The notes: generated by a model not told the origin, from the sequence alone. A stretch of 63,781 nt of DNA, filler included, from Octopus bimaculoides (GCF_001194135.2; 6 parts of 6 records of this genome joined end to end with filler, not necessarily neighbours in it); one strand, 5' to 3'. Positions 1 through 13,400 are shown, numbered from the whole stretch's first letter. Program-made: numbers and translations.

Positions 1-210
1 GTGTGTGTGTGTGTGTGTGTGTGTGTATTATCATGTAAATATACTTATATCTGTGTGTGTTTATGTGTATGCCTGTGTCTATGTACATAAGATTGGCCGT
101 TTCGACTGAGTGGAATCGAACCCGGAACCACGGATTCCTTAAAAATATAGCCGGACCTCCGTCCTTATCTCTCTATTAATCTATCTATCTATCTATCTAT
201 CTCTCTATTA

Positions 211-262
<52 letters not shown>

Positions 263-927
263 GTGTATGTGTGTGTGTGAACGGTGGAACATATATACAC
301 ACACAGATACACAGACATATATCTACACACATATACACGCAGACACGCGCACATCTACATGAGATATATTAGATAGATCGCATATTTATTTCATACATAT
401 ATCTTTCTTCTCCTAAGTTGTGTTTCTTTCTCTCCGTTGTAGCTGGAACAAGGAAGACGTGTTCTTGTCTGTCTCCTGTCCAAGCTTGATTTACGGGTTC
501 TCGTTTAGGCTTAACAGCCCTTCCTGTTTGTTTTCACTATCCTGTTTGTGTTACCAATTCTGTTTTCACTGTCCTGTTTGTATTATCAATTTTGACCCTC
601 CGCAAAACACCAAATTTGATTTAATTTGCTTTGCGGGAGTAACTGTTATATCGAAAACGTATATTGTTGTTAAATGCTCGAAATACGAGACGAGAAAAAC
701 AGCCAACAAATGATGAAGGGTCGTTCTTTATGTTGTTTGTTTTGTTTTCCATTCGTGTCTTTCGTTGTTGGAAAAAAATAGTTCATATTCCATGTACTCG
801 TACTTCGTATTTGATTTTTTGTTGTACACGTTTTGTGACGTCCTGTGCCTACATATGCATATATATATATACATACATGGGTATAGATGTCGTATAGATG
901 TATGTACATATACGTATGTATATATGC

Positions 928-974
<47 letters not shown>

Positions 975-2027
975 NNNNNNNNNNNNNNNNNNNNNNNNNN
1001 NNNNNNNNNNNNNNNNNNNNNNNNNNNNNNNNNNNNNNNNNNNNNNNNNNNNNNNNNNNNNNNNNNNNNNNNNNNNNNNNNNNNNNNNNNNNNNNNNNNN
1101 NNNNNNNNNNNNNNNNNNNNNNNNNNNNNNNNNNNNNNNNNNNNNNNNNNNNNNNNNNNNNNNNNNNNNNNNNNNNNNNNNNNNNNNNNNNNNNNNNNNN
1201 NNNNNNNNNNNNNNNNNNNNNNNNNNNNNNNNNNNNNNNNNNNNNNNNNNNNNNNNNNNNNNNNNNNNNNNNNNNNNNNNNNNNNNNNNNNNNNNNNNNN
1301 NNNNNNNNNNNNNNNNNNNNNNNNNNNNNNNNNNNNNNNNNNNNNNNNNNNNNNNNNNNNNNNNNNNNNNNNNNNNNNNNNNNNNNNNNNNNNNNNNNNN
1401 NNNNNNNNNNNNNNNNNNNNNNNNNNNNNNNNNNNNNNNNNNNNNNNNNNNNNNNNNNNNNNNNNNNNNNNNNNNNNNNNNNNNNNNNNNNNNNNNNNNN
1501 NNNNNNNNNNNNNNNNNNNNNNNNNNNNNNNNNNNNNNNNNNNNNNNNNNNNNNNNNNNNNNNNNNNNNNNNNNNNNNNNNNNNNNNNNNNNNNNNNNNN
1601 NNNNNNNNNNNNNNNNNNNNNNNNNNNNNNNNNNNNNNNNNNNNNNNNNNNNNNNNNNNNNNNNNNNNNNNNNNNNNNNNNNNNNNNNNNNNNNNNNNNN
1701 NNNNNNNNNNNNNNNNNNNNNNNNNNNNNNNNNNNNNNNNNNNNNNNNNNNNNNNNNNNNNNNNNNNNNNNNNNNNNNNNNNNNNNNNNNNNNNNNNNNN
1801 NNNNNNNNNNNNNNNNNNNNNNNNNNNNNNNNNNNNNNNNNNNNNNNNNNNNNNNNNNNNNNNNNNNNNNNNNNNNNNNNNNNNNNNNNNNNNNNNNNNN
1901 NNNNNNNNNNNNNNNNNNNNNNNNNNNNNNNNNNNNNTCGAAGGTTATTTATCTAATTTCAGTGGAATCTATCCACTGGTTTTCAGAAATAGAGTATATA
2001 TATATATGTATATATATATGTACATGC

Positions 2028-2079
<52 letters not shown>

Positions 2080-4084
2080 CTAATACTTTCTTTGTCTTAA
2101 CGCTTCTGCTCTGCAAAGGCTTTCATCGATCTTATTGTTGTGTTTCGTACACCGTTGTTTGCCGATCGGCAGCTGAGCATGTGGTTAACACTTTCAATTT
2201 CAAAGTACACACTTATCTACGTATCGACTTGATGTTCTCTTGTTAAGCTTTCTTGCGAAATAATACAACGTGCACTTGACTGCGCAATGTGGTTTGTTGA
2301 ACGTATGCAAAATATATACACAGATATAAACACAAATATCCGTACACGCAAAAATATATGCACACATACATCTCAAAAGTAAAATGGACCCCATTTTTAA
2401 TTATGTCTTGATACAAAATAATCTCATTTGATTCATTTAAATTCATTTAAATACTTAATCAAGAATTTAGTAGACATGCGTTGAACACTTTCTAATGTAT
2501 GAAGCCGTTCGGTCATTGAACTAATGAGTATTGTCCACAGAGGTGAAGTGGTACACACACACACTCATGCATACACATACACACGGTTATACACACATGC
2601 ACACACATACATATATATATGTGTATANNNNNNNNNNNNNNNNNNNNNNNNNNNNNNNNNNNNNNNNNNNNNNNNNNNNNNNNNNNNNNNNNNNNNNNNN
2701 NNNNNNNNNNNNNNNNNNNNNNNNNNNNNNNNNNNNNNNNNNNNNNNNNNNNNNNNNNNNNNNNNNNNNNNNNNNNNNNNNNNNNNNNNNNNNNNNNNNN
2801 NNNNNNNNNNNNNNNNNNNNNNNNNNNNNNNNNNNNNNNNNNNNNNNNNNNNNNNNNNNNNNNNNNNNNNNNNNNNNNNNNNNNNNNNNNNNNNNNNNNN
2901 NNNNNNNNNNNNNNNNNNNNNNNNNNNNNNNNNNNNNNNNNNNNNNNNNNNNNNNNNNNNNNNNNNNNNNNNNNNNNNNNNNNNNNNNNNNNNNNNNNNN
3001 NNNNNNNNNNNNNNNNNNNNNNNNNNNNNNNNNNNNNNNNNNNNNNNNNNNNNNNNNNNNNNNNNNNNNNNNNNNNNNNNNNNNNNNNNNNNNNNNNNNN
3101 NNNNNNNNNNNNNNNNNNNNNNNNNNNNNNNNNNNNNNNNNNNNNNNNNNNNNNNNNNNNNNNNNNNNNNNNNNNNNNNNNNNNNNNNNNNNNNNNNNNN
3201 NNNNNNNNNNNNNNNNNNNNNNNNNNNNNNNNNNNNNNNNNNNNNNNNNNNNNNNNNNNNNNNNNNNNNNNNNNNNNNNNNNNNNNNNNNNNNNNNNNNN
3301 NNNNNNNNNNNNNNNNNNNNNNNNNNNNNNNNNNNNNNNNNNNNNNNNNNNNNNNNNNNNNNNNNNNNNNNNNNNNNNNNNNNNNNNNNNNNNNNNNNNN
3401 NNNNNNNNNNNNNNNNNNNNNNNNNNNNNNNNNNNNNNNNNNNNNNNNNNNNNNNNNNNNNNNNNNNNNNNNNNNNNNNNNNNNNNNNNNNNNNNNNNNN
3501 NNNNNNNNNNNNNNNNNNNNNNNNNNNNNNNNNNNNNNNNNNNNNNNNNNNNNNNNNNNNNNNNNNNNNNNNNNCATAGAATTTAATTTAATTAAAACAC
3601 ATTAGTATAATTTTACCTAAAATCCAAGAAGTTTAGGAGGTAGACAAAGAACATGCTGCCTTCACTTCCACTTAGAAGCTACTAAGGTATCAGGAAGAAA
3701 GACATGTTACAGATTTTGCTTTTCACTGTTTAATTTACAGATTAGTTTTATCAAATATTTTTATATCTAAGGCCGAGAGAACATGGGGCAGTGTCTAGTA
3801 GGGGTAGGGCTGAGGGAGTCGACAGAAATCATAGTGGGTATAGTCATAAAAATCAAGATTTATTTGAAGTAATATCATGAGATTTGGTAAAGGAAAACTT
3901 CAATCAAGATGTAAGTTGACAATTAAGGGGGCTGATCACTAGCAGACCATTGATAATGAAACAGGGGAAATCTTATCATGTAGTATTATAGTTAAATATT
4001 TTAAGCAATACTGCTATATAGTATAAAGTTAAAGTTTAGGGTTATTCAGAGGATTATATATATACAGTATAATTCGGGGGAAAT

Positions 4085-4289
4085 CCGTGAAAAATGCTTC
4101 GGTGCATTTCTTCCGTTCTGTGTTCAAATTCTGCCGAGGTCGACTTGGCTTTTTATTTTTATTTATCGACCCCGAAAGGATAAAAGGCAAAGTTGACCTC
4201 GGCGGAATTTGAACTCAGAACGTAAAGAGAGACGAAATACCGCTAAGCATTTCGCCTGGCGAGCTCACGATTCTGCCAGCTCGCCGCCT
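4085..4289. mobile_element. Inverted pair of SINE family B fragments (+ about 4085-4160; - about 4161-4289)
   Basis: aaatgcttcggtgc..gttcaaattctgccgaggtcgac faces gttgacctcggcggaatttgaac..ctaagcattt. Confidence 0.78.
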
Positions 4290-4391
4290 TATACACATTC
4301 ATATAAAGAATCACACACACCTATATATATAACCACATGCATATGTACACTCACACACACACACACGTGCACATATATCTACATATTTTTG

Positions 4392-4476
<85 letters not shown>

Positions 4477-4670
4477 GTATATATAAACATATATATGTAC
4501 ATGTGCCTATACATATACATACATGTATAAATGTACAAACACACATAGACGCGTGCACACATACATACATACAGATGTTAGTGAACGAGAAAATGTGTGT
4601 TTGTATTTGTGTATATGTAAATTTGTGTGTGAAAGAGAGATAGACAGACAGACAGACAGACAGATAGATC

Positions 4671-4743
<73 letters not shown>

Positions 4744-4764
4744 GTAGATAGATAGATAGATAAG

Positions 4765-4824
<60 letters not shown>

Positions 4825-5351
4825 NNNNNNNNNNNNNNNNNNNNNNNNNNNNNNNNNNNNNNNNNNNNNNNNNNNNNNNNNNNNNNNNNNNNNNNNNNNN
4901 NNNNNNNNNNNNNNNNNNNNNNNNNNNNNNNNNNNNNNNNNNNNNNNNNNNNNNNNNNNNNNNNNNNNNNNNNNNNNNNNNNNNNNNNNNNNNNNNNNNN
5001 NNNNNNNNNNNNNNNNNNNNNNNNNNNNNNNNNNNNNNNNNNNNNNNNNNNNNNNNNNNNNNNNNNNNNNNNNNNNNNNNNNNNNNNNNNNNNNNNNNNN
5101 NNNNNNNNNNNNNNNNNNNNNNNNNNNNNNNNNNNNNNNNNNNNNNNNNNNNNNNNNNNNNNNNNNNNNNNNNNNNNNNNNNNNNNNNNNNNNNNNNNNN
5201 NNNNNNNNNNNNNNNNNNNNNNNNNNNNNNNNNNNNNNNNNNNNNNNNNNNNNNNNNNNNNNNNNNNNNNNNNNNNNNNNNNNNNNNNNNNNNNNNNNNN
5301 NNNNNNNNNNNNNNNNNNNNNNNNNNNNNNNNNNNNNNNNNNNNNNNNNNN

Positions 5352-5527
5352 CCGTCGTTCTTCTTCTCCTCTTCGTTGTTTAACATGCTCCTTTTTTTCT
5401 GTTTTCGTTATTGTTGTTGTTGTTGTTGTTATTGTTGTTGCTGTTGGCGGTGGTGGTGGAGTTCTTCTTCTTCTTCTTCTTCTTCTTCTTCTTCTTCTGC
5501 TCACTTCTTCTTTTTCTTCTTCTTCTC

Positions 5528-5558
<31 letters not shown>

Positions 5559-5845
5559 CTCACTTCTTCATCTTCTTCCCCTTCTCACTTTTTCTTCTCA
5601 CTTCTTCTCACTTCTTCTTTCTCACTTCTTCCTTTTCTCACTTTTTCTTCTCACTTCTTCTCACTTCTTCTTTCTCACTTCTTCCTTCTCGCTTCTTCTT
5701 CTTCTTCTTCTTCTTCTTCTTCTTGTCCTCCTCCTTCTCGCTTCTTCTTTTTTCTTTCTTCTTCTTCTTCTTCTTCTTTTTCTTCTTCTTCTTCTTCTTC
5801 TTCTTCTTTTTCTTCTTCTTTCTTCTTCCTTCTCGCTTCTTCCTC
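5352..5845. repeat. Compound (GTT)n/(CTT)n low-complexity tract
   Basis: Direct reading; it produces poly-F/L/S and poly-K/E ORFs. Confidence 0.9.
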
Positions 5846-6541
5846 AACGTCTTCACAAAGCCTCAACACAAACAAGCAAAAAAAACAAACAAACAAAACA
5901 ACAAGTCAAGCGCCATCAACAAAAACACGCAACAATAGGAGCAAGAAACAAAACCAAAAATTCACAAAAACAAAAAATTAAAACATAAATAAAATAAAGT
6001 CAGAAGAAAGAAACAAACAATAGAGAAAAAAAACAATAAGAAAAACAACAATAACAACAACAACAACAAGACGAAGCCAGTACAAAATGCAGAATAAAAG
6101 CGAGACGTCTTAAATGTAATGTCCGTGACTGAGACCATCTTGAAGAAACCAGCCAGCCAGCAAGGCAACCGACCAGTCGAGCAGCTAGACTATCATCATC
6201 ATCATCATCGTCGTCGTCGTCACCGTCAACATCATCACCATCATCGTCGTCGACATCACGGTCGTCGCTGCTGTCGTCATTATTATTATTATTATTATTA
6301 TTGTTGTTGTTGTTGTTGTTGTTGTTATTAGTGGTGCTTGTGGTGGTGGTGGTGGTGTTATTAGCATGCTTTTTTTTATGATGTCAACTTAAAAACAAGT
6401 TGATGCTTATTTTGTTTAGTTTTTTTCTTTCTTTCTTTCTTTCTCTTTTTTTGTTTTTGTTTCAGATCCGGCGTTAGAGTCTTGCGAGGAGAAAGCTCCC
6501 TCGTAATGCACGACTAACACTTCAATAGATAATAATGTTGT

Positions 6542-6579
<38 letters not shown>

Positions 6580-7254
6580 ACGATGATGATAACGACGACG
6601 ACGATGATTGAAAATAACTGTGCTTTTGTGATTAGCATTTTTATTAGTACTATGAACGCTGTTTTAGTCGATTGGTTAAAAAGGTCACTTTGTAACCTTG
6701 AGAACCCGGGTTCGATTCAACAGCAAACCGTGTTTGTAGGGTCACTTCGGCTTTGTCAGACAACTGTCTTAGTGTTTCAAGGAAAATACTGGTAGAGAAA
6801 AAGACACACTTCAAGGTAGCTGCGTTAAGTTTGTAACGTGGGGTCGGACAGCCTGCTTTAGCTGTGGTTGGTAACCCTCGTTGAAAAGGTTTCTCGATAA
6901 AATTACCAATCGTGGTGTCTCCTTAAAATACTTAGCCTCATCTTGAATGAAAATGCTAAATAAAATTATAGATAACAGATAAACCATCCCCACTCGCTGC
7001 CTTGTGGAGGTAATTTATAGAACGTTTAAAGAGAGTAAATCCCTGCAGGAAATCCTGAGATAGAGACTCTAAGACTGATATATATGGTTATACTTAACCA
7101 ATATCTGCAATCCCTTGCTACTACACAGATGCTGTGAACCTACTGACTTCTCTTTCGGTCGTAACCATAAGAAGAAAAGTGGGAATTGTACTTGGGACTA
7201 GGGACTTGGTTCCGGAAAGTCCAGGTACAGCGGTAATGGTTGTTACTTTCTCTA

Positions 7255-7414
7255 GGCTATCTTTCGATTTGATGTGAGGAAATGTCAAGTGAAAAGCACA
7301 TGGGTTTTGTTTACATCTAATCGGCTAACCCTAACCCTAACAGGCCGATTAGATGTAAAGAAAACCCATGTGCTTTTCACTTGACATTTCCTCACATCAA
7401 ATCGAAAGATAGCC
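7255..7414. mobile_element. 160-bp foldback MITE, Mutator (MULE)-like by TSD length
   Basis: 71-bp inverted arms (7255-7325 / 7344-7414) with 1 mismatch. The 18-nt spacer is taaccctaaccctaacag. A perfect 9-bp direct repeat ctttctcta lies at 7246-7254 and 7415-7423. Confidence 0.85.
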
Positions 7415-8221
7415 CTTTCTCTACTATACCACCGACCAAAGACGAGAATATGCAACCAAATAACAAATAATCTTGAAACTGGAAGCAGACTGTGAAGGGA
7501 CAATCGTCGTCAGGACTCGTCGTTGTCTTTAAAAATATATATTTTACATTTACTTAACAGGTTTCAGAACGTCATCATTTTAAAAAGTAGTGTATAATGG
7601 AAGAACCCAAAGTCCTACGGAATTTATTTCGACGACTGCAGCATAGTCCCACGTTAGTTTCCATCTCACACTTACAACGTGAATCTCGATATTACTATAG
7701 TTTATTCGTTAAAAATGTTTTTCTCTTCACATGCCGTAAGTACCGATCACAGAATTATGTCCGCAGCTCCCGACGCTTATCTATTTCGACATATAAACCC
7801 ATTTTTATCACTAAAATTTGACTGAAGTTTCATCAGGCGAAAAGTAACGGCTGAATTAAAAGTGAACTACTGCTATATTTATTGATGCTATTCTCTTTCA
7901 GACAACTGGAAGCAGGCATTTGAAAAGCATGTTTTTTTTGACATTTTAAGTGTAAATTAAATTATATTATAAAAATTAAACTAGACTAGGGGTCGCCAAA
8001 GGGGTCCGAGAAACCCCCTAGAGATCGGCGAGGAATTACAGAGGTCGAATATGGGACGGCGTGCGAAAGATTTCTTGCCAATAGAGAAAGAACCGATTTC
8101 TAACCTAGATCCAAGTCTCCATCGGAATTTCAACATCAACAACAGGGTATTTTTGTTTGTTTGTATGTATGTATGTATGTATGTATGTATGTATGTATAG
8201 ATTTGTATGTTTTATGTATGT

Positions 8222-8376
8222 AGGCTTAGGAGTGGCTGTGTGGTAAGTAGCTTGCTTACCAACCACATGGATCCGTGTTCAGTCCCACTGCGTGGCACCT
8301 TGTCTTCTACTATAGCCTCGGGCCGACCAAAACCTTGTGAGTGGATTTGGTAGACGGAAACTGAAAGAAGCCCGTC
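8222..8376 (+). mobile_element. SINE family A 5' half
   Basis: ggagtggctgtgtggtaag...gaaagaagcccgtc followed by (ta)n and a gap. Confidence 0.8.
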
Positions 8377-8395
8377 ATATATATATATATATATA

Positions 8396-8495
8396 NNNNN
8401 NNNNNNNNNNNNNNNNNNNNNNNNNNNNNNNNNNNNNNNTTAATTAATTAANNNNNNNNNNNNNNNNNNNNNNNNNNNNNNNNNNNNNNNNNNNN
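8396..8495. other. Artificial 100-bp gap spacer N44-TTAATTAATTAA-N44 (linker also at 18114, 42530, 52854 and 61052)
   Basis: The same 12-mer is centred in fixed-size N runs five times and gives stop codons in all six frames. Confidence 0.93.
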
Positions 8496-8789
8496 ATATA
8501 TATATATATATATATATATAAACACACAAGCTCACACACATATATATACGGCCTGTATGTATCTTACTTCATATACACACACCGTTGATAGTCTAGTGAG
8601 TATGCGGCATTCAGCCTGAAATAGCATCTGCTTTGGACGAACTGTGTTAAAAGCAATAAATGTCGGGCGGTGGGTGCAAAAACTCGCTTCAATAGCGGCT
8701 ACTGAGAATCCTAGGTGCATTTCGGTCACTGTTAGTCTCGTCAATGCACTTGCAGACAGCCACGTGCCTGAACGATAATTTATCGCCTT

Positions 8790-8990
8790 CAAGAATGTTT
8801 AGTACTACAAATCGACCCTAACACTTTATTTTTCTCCAGCCTAGTGCTTATTCTATCGGCCGTCTTTGCCGAACCGCTATGATACGGGTACGTAAACACA
8901 CCAACAACGGTTGTGAAGCAGTAGTGGGGGACAAGCACAGACATTAAGACACACACACATACACACACACACACTCATACATACATGCAT
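8790..8990 (-). mobile_element. SINE family A 3' half
   Basis: cctagtgcttattctatcggccgtctttgccgaaccgct... is the reverse complement of the family A tail. Confidence 0.7.
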
Positions 8991-9074
8991 ACATACAAGG
9001 ATGGAGCCTTGTATCTTTGTTGGAAACCGGGTCTCTCCTCAGTAGAAGATTTATAATAACTGAAAATAGAAGAG

Positions 9075-9130
<56 letters not shown>

Positions 9131-9531
9131 NNNNNNNNNNNNNNNNNNNNNNNNNNNNNNNNNNNNNNNNNNNNNNNNNNNNNNNNNNNNNNNNNNNNNN
9201 NNNNNNNNNNNNNNNNNNNNNNNNNNNNNNNNNNNNNNNNNNNNNNNNNNNNNNNNNNNNNNNNNNNNNNNNNNNNNNNNNNNNNNNNNNNNNNNNNNNN
9301 NNNNNNNNNNNNNNNNNNNNNNNNNNNNNNNNNNNNNNNNNNNNNNNNNNNNNNNNNNNNNNNNNNNNNNNNNNNNNNNNNNNNNNNNNNNNNNNNNNNN
9401 NNNNNNNNNNNNNNNNNNNNNNNNNNNNNNNNNNNNNNNNNNNNNNNNNNNNNNNNNNNNNNNNNNNNNNNNNNNNNNNNNNNNNNNNNNNNNNNNNNNN
9501 NNNNNNNNNNNNNNNNNNNNNNTAATATATA

Positions 9532-9690
9532 TACAACGGGCTTCTTTCAGTTTCCGTCTACCAAGTCTACTCGGAAGGGTTTGGTTGACCCGAAGCTATA
9601 GTGCAAGACACTTGCTGAAGTTGTCATATAGTGGGACTGAACCTGGAACCATGTGGTTGGAAACAAGCTCCTTACCACACAGCTGCGCTT
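9532..9690 (-). mobile_element. SINE family A 5' half
   Basis: gggcttctttcagtttccgtctacc...gggactgaacctggaaccatgtgg is the reverse complement of the head. Confidence 0.78.
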
Positions 9691-10567
9691 CCGCTTTTTT
9701 TTTTTGTTCTCTTTTGTCTTTATTTTACAATCTGGTTTAATTTTGCTTTGTCTTTGGACACCTAATCAGTTTCATACATGTGACTTGTATCTCTCATCTC
9801 TACACCAGAAGAGCAATCCTGCTGCAGTGACTAGAAATTTAATGTTTACAAAATCTGAAATATAAAATGCCCTATGACAGACTTTTGTTTTTCCACCTTA
9901 AAAATTGAACGAGGCATGCATTGATCTGTTACGGAATGTACGGGCAAACGCGATAGTAGAAGTAGTAGTAGGAGACGAAGCCGATGGGGATAATGATGGT
10001 GATGATGATGGAAGAAAAAGAAAAGGAAGAAGACTAAAAAAAGAAATAGGAGGAAAAAGAAAAGAGAAAAAAAATAAAAGAAACGAAAGCAACGGAAGAG
10101 AAGAGCAGAGCAAAGCAGTCAAAAGATATTAAAAGGTAACAGAATTCTGAGTTGTCTATAAAAATAAAAAGGACAGATGTCGACATAAATTTCAAATAGA
10201 CCGAGTTTTAATATATGACATATTTTAAACCGAAATACAATACAAAACATTCTCGATAGACACTAAAGTTCGCTGAACACGTGTTGTAAATATTTACAAT
10301 CTGAAAACAGCTACGTTTTACGTTAACATAAATAATCCTTGTTACACAACGCAGAATTTGGAACAAATGATATTGAATCGAACGATGTATATGAAAATAC
10401 ACGCGTGTATAAACATCGTTCAAAAGGTGAAGAAGATGATGTTTGTTCTCTCGTATGGAGTTTCATCTACTTGGGAAATTTCTATATATATTTGAGCTCT
10501 GAGATTTTTAGTCTATGGGAGGAAAAATGTAAAATGTCTGAGTGGTTTTTCTGATAATAGTTTTCAT

Positions 10568-11591
10568 ATTTTGGCATAAGGACAGCAAGTTCGGGGCAGG
10601 GGAATAAGCCAATTATATTGACTGTACAGTATTCAACTGGTACCTATTTTCATCGACCCCGAAAGGAGAAAAGGCAAAGTCAACGTCGGCGGAATTTGAA
10701 TTCAGAACGTAAAGACGGACAAAACGGCGCTAAGCATTTTGCACTGCGCGCCAATTTCTGCAAACTTTCCACCTTAACAACAACAACAAAAATAATAATA
10801 ATAAGCCTTTCTACTATAGGCACAAGGCCTGAAATTTTGGGAAGGGTGCCTGTCGGATACATCGACCCCAGTGCAATCCAAAAAGGATGAAAGCAAAGTC
10901 ATCTTGGTAATATTTGAACACAGAACATAAGAACGGACAAAATGCCGCTAAGCATTTTGCCCGGCGTGCTAAGGATTCTGCTAGTTTACTGTCTTAATAA
11001 TGATAATAATCCTTTCTACAAAAGACACAAATTTGGGGGGATTGGAATAGTCGATTATATCGACCTCAGTGTTTTACTGGTACTTCATTTATCGACTCTG
11101 AAAGGATGACAAGCGAAGTCGACTTCGGCGGAATTTGAACTCAGAACGTAACAATGGGCGAAATACTGCTAAGCATTTCGTCCAGCGTGCTAACGACTCT
11201 GCCAGTTTACTCCCTTCTTAATAATAACGCTTTTTACTAAAGGCACAAGGCCCCAAATTTGTGGGGAGGGGACCAGTTGGTTATATCGACACCCAGTGTT
11301 TTCACTGGTACTTAATTTATCGACCCCGAAAGGATGAAAGGCAATGTCGACTCCGGCGGAATTTGAACTCAGACTATCAAATTTTGACACATAGCCAGTA
11401 AGTTCGATGAAGTGGGGAAATCGATTACATCGAATCCAGTGCTCAACTGTTACTTGTTTTATCGACCCCGAAAGGATGTAAGGCAAAGTCGACATCGGGG
11501 AAATTGCAACTCAGAACGTAAAGATGTATGAAATGCCGCTAATCATTTCGCCCGGCGTGCTAATCATTTCGATCCTGCTAGCTTACCGCCT
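10568..11591 (-). mobile_element. Five head-to-tail copies of tRNA-derived SINE family B
   Basis: The core atcgaccccgaaaggatgaaaggcaaagtcgac..ggcggaatttgaactcagaac recurs at about 10650, 10860, 11090, 11320 and 11460. The B-box reads gagttcaaattcc on the minus strand. Short (taa)n/(caa)n spacers separate some copies. Confidence 0.85.
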
Positions 11592-13119
11592 TGATCAGTA
11601 GTTTAATAATCAAAATAATTTAGAATTAACTTGTTTCCCTGGAAAAATATCTTTCACGTATCAATTAGTAAGAAAAGGAGGGTTTCTAAGGAGTCTCTCG
11701 ATCTGCTAGAAGTAATAGATATCGTTTGTATTATGGAAAAGTGTCGTAAGTCCAAAACGTTGCATTTTCAGAAAACGAAGAAATAGTTTTACCATTCCAA
11801 TTCTTTTTACATTAGCAACAGTTTCAGCTTAACAATAATACTTTGTTGGGTGCATAAAATCGTAACTCCATGCATGTATGATATTTTCGGTCTTAGAAAT
11901 ATTTTTGCAAAACTGTTGTATGTGGAACTTAGAACACTTTTAACAATTTTGTTCTACACTTTGACAATTTTTGATATCTTGGCATCTGAAGTAGCTGGAG
12001 AAACGATAGTCTGACCAAAAGAACCGGCTATCGCAAGCAAAATTAAATATTAAACGCATTTGGTCAAATTTGGACATATAACAGTTTAACATAATAGCAA
12101 CCATATGTATGTCCAGAGGTAGTGGTAGCAGCCGATTTTCCGATTGTACAAAAGAAACTATGATTCCGTGGGTTTTTCTTTGAAACCGGTGTTTTCTGTC
12201 GGTTGCAGTCCCATTAAAAATTTTCGGTTAAATTAGTCTTTAGTTTGGTATTGGGGCATACGCTGCATCCACCTTTTGTTGGTGGTTCCTAACAAAGATA
12301 TCTTTGTGCCGCTTAGGTGACAACCCTCCGTCCCGTTGGTCTGTTTTGGGTATTCTTTGCAGGTGAGGGATCTTAACGCGATCGGAGTGCAAATCCTACC
12401 TTAGCCATTTTTTAGTCACTTTTTACGACACGCAGAAGAAATGTTTGGCCTATTCTTTAACATGCCGGTCCCTACATAGCATTAGAGTAACGTGAAGTGA
12501 AGTATTTTGCTCCGAAACACAAGCCGCCGTCAGGCCCATAGACCAAACCCACAATCTGGCAATCGCAAATGCAACACCCTGACCACTAGGCCACGGACAC
12601 AATATTTAAATATATAAGTAAATTTCTTTTAAATAGTAAACATCAGTCTCACTTGAAGAAAGGTTTATTGGACAATGGAGTCTTTGATCTAAGAAATATA
12701 GGATAACTACGGATGGAACGCTTTTGATCATAGGTCAGTTCAATCAAGACTAGCATTAGGACTTAAGAACCACAACTGCTCACACGTTCTTGATTGGCAC
12801 ACGGATATCTAAACAACTCTGGCCCGGTTTTTTTTAATTTTTACATAAAGGGTTCATTGTCTATTAAACTCGTGTCTTACGTATGTAGCACAATTAAAAT
12901 TCTCCAAACATTGTTAGAAGTTTCAATAAATGATGATAATTTCTCCTATCGATTTCACATCCATAACAAAATAAGAGAATAAGACCATCCGAAGCCCTAC
13001 ACAGGCAAGTGCGTCATACTTCAGATTATTCCACATTCTGGATAACTGTTCTCTTTCCACTAGACAATTGCATCCGCAGATAGACAGACAGGCAGATAGA
13101 AAGAAAAGACCGTCTTAGG

Positions 13120-13400
13120 TCATGACTGACTATGGAATTGCACCCAGAAGATTCCCCTCCGAAGTACACATCCGAGCAAGGTTGTTTATGGAAGGCCAGT
13201 AGTCACCCATGCATACCAGCCTCCCCTCTCCACGCCACCGATGTTATCCAAGGGAAAGGCAAAGGCTGATACAGCTTGGCACCATTGACGTCGCAACTCA
13301 ATTCTACAGCTGAGTGAACTGGAGCAATGTGAAATAAAGTGTCTTGCTCAAGAACACAACACACAGTCCGATCCGGAAATCGAACTCACTACCTCATAAT
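13120..13400 (-). mobile_element. tRNA-derived SINE family D
   Basis: Minus strand reads ...gtggtttcgatttccggatcggactgtgtgttgtgttcttgagcaagacacttt..., which matches the head at 56503-56594. Confidence 0.65.

Noticed and set aside
765-3605. Long ORFs of 300-490 aa here and many similar ones elsewhere
   Set aside because: They consist of N runs and dinucleotide-repeat translations ([12 protein letters not shown]).
5376-6367. Poly-F/S/K/E/H ORFs
   Set aside because: These are trinucleotide microsatellite translations with no domain content or splice support.
8440-8451. Recurrent palindromic TTAATTAATTAA (5 occurrences) that might look like a conserved motif
   Set aside because: It is always centred in N44...N44 (checked exactly at 8396-8495). 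It is a six-frame-stop scaffolding linker, not biology.
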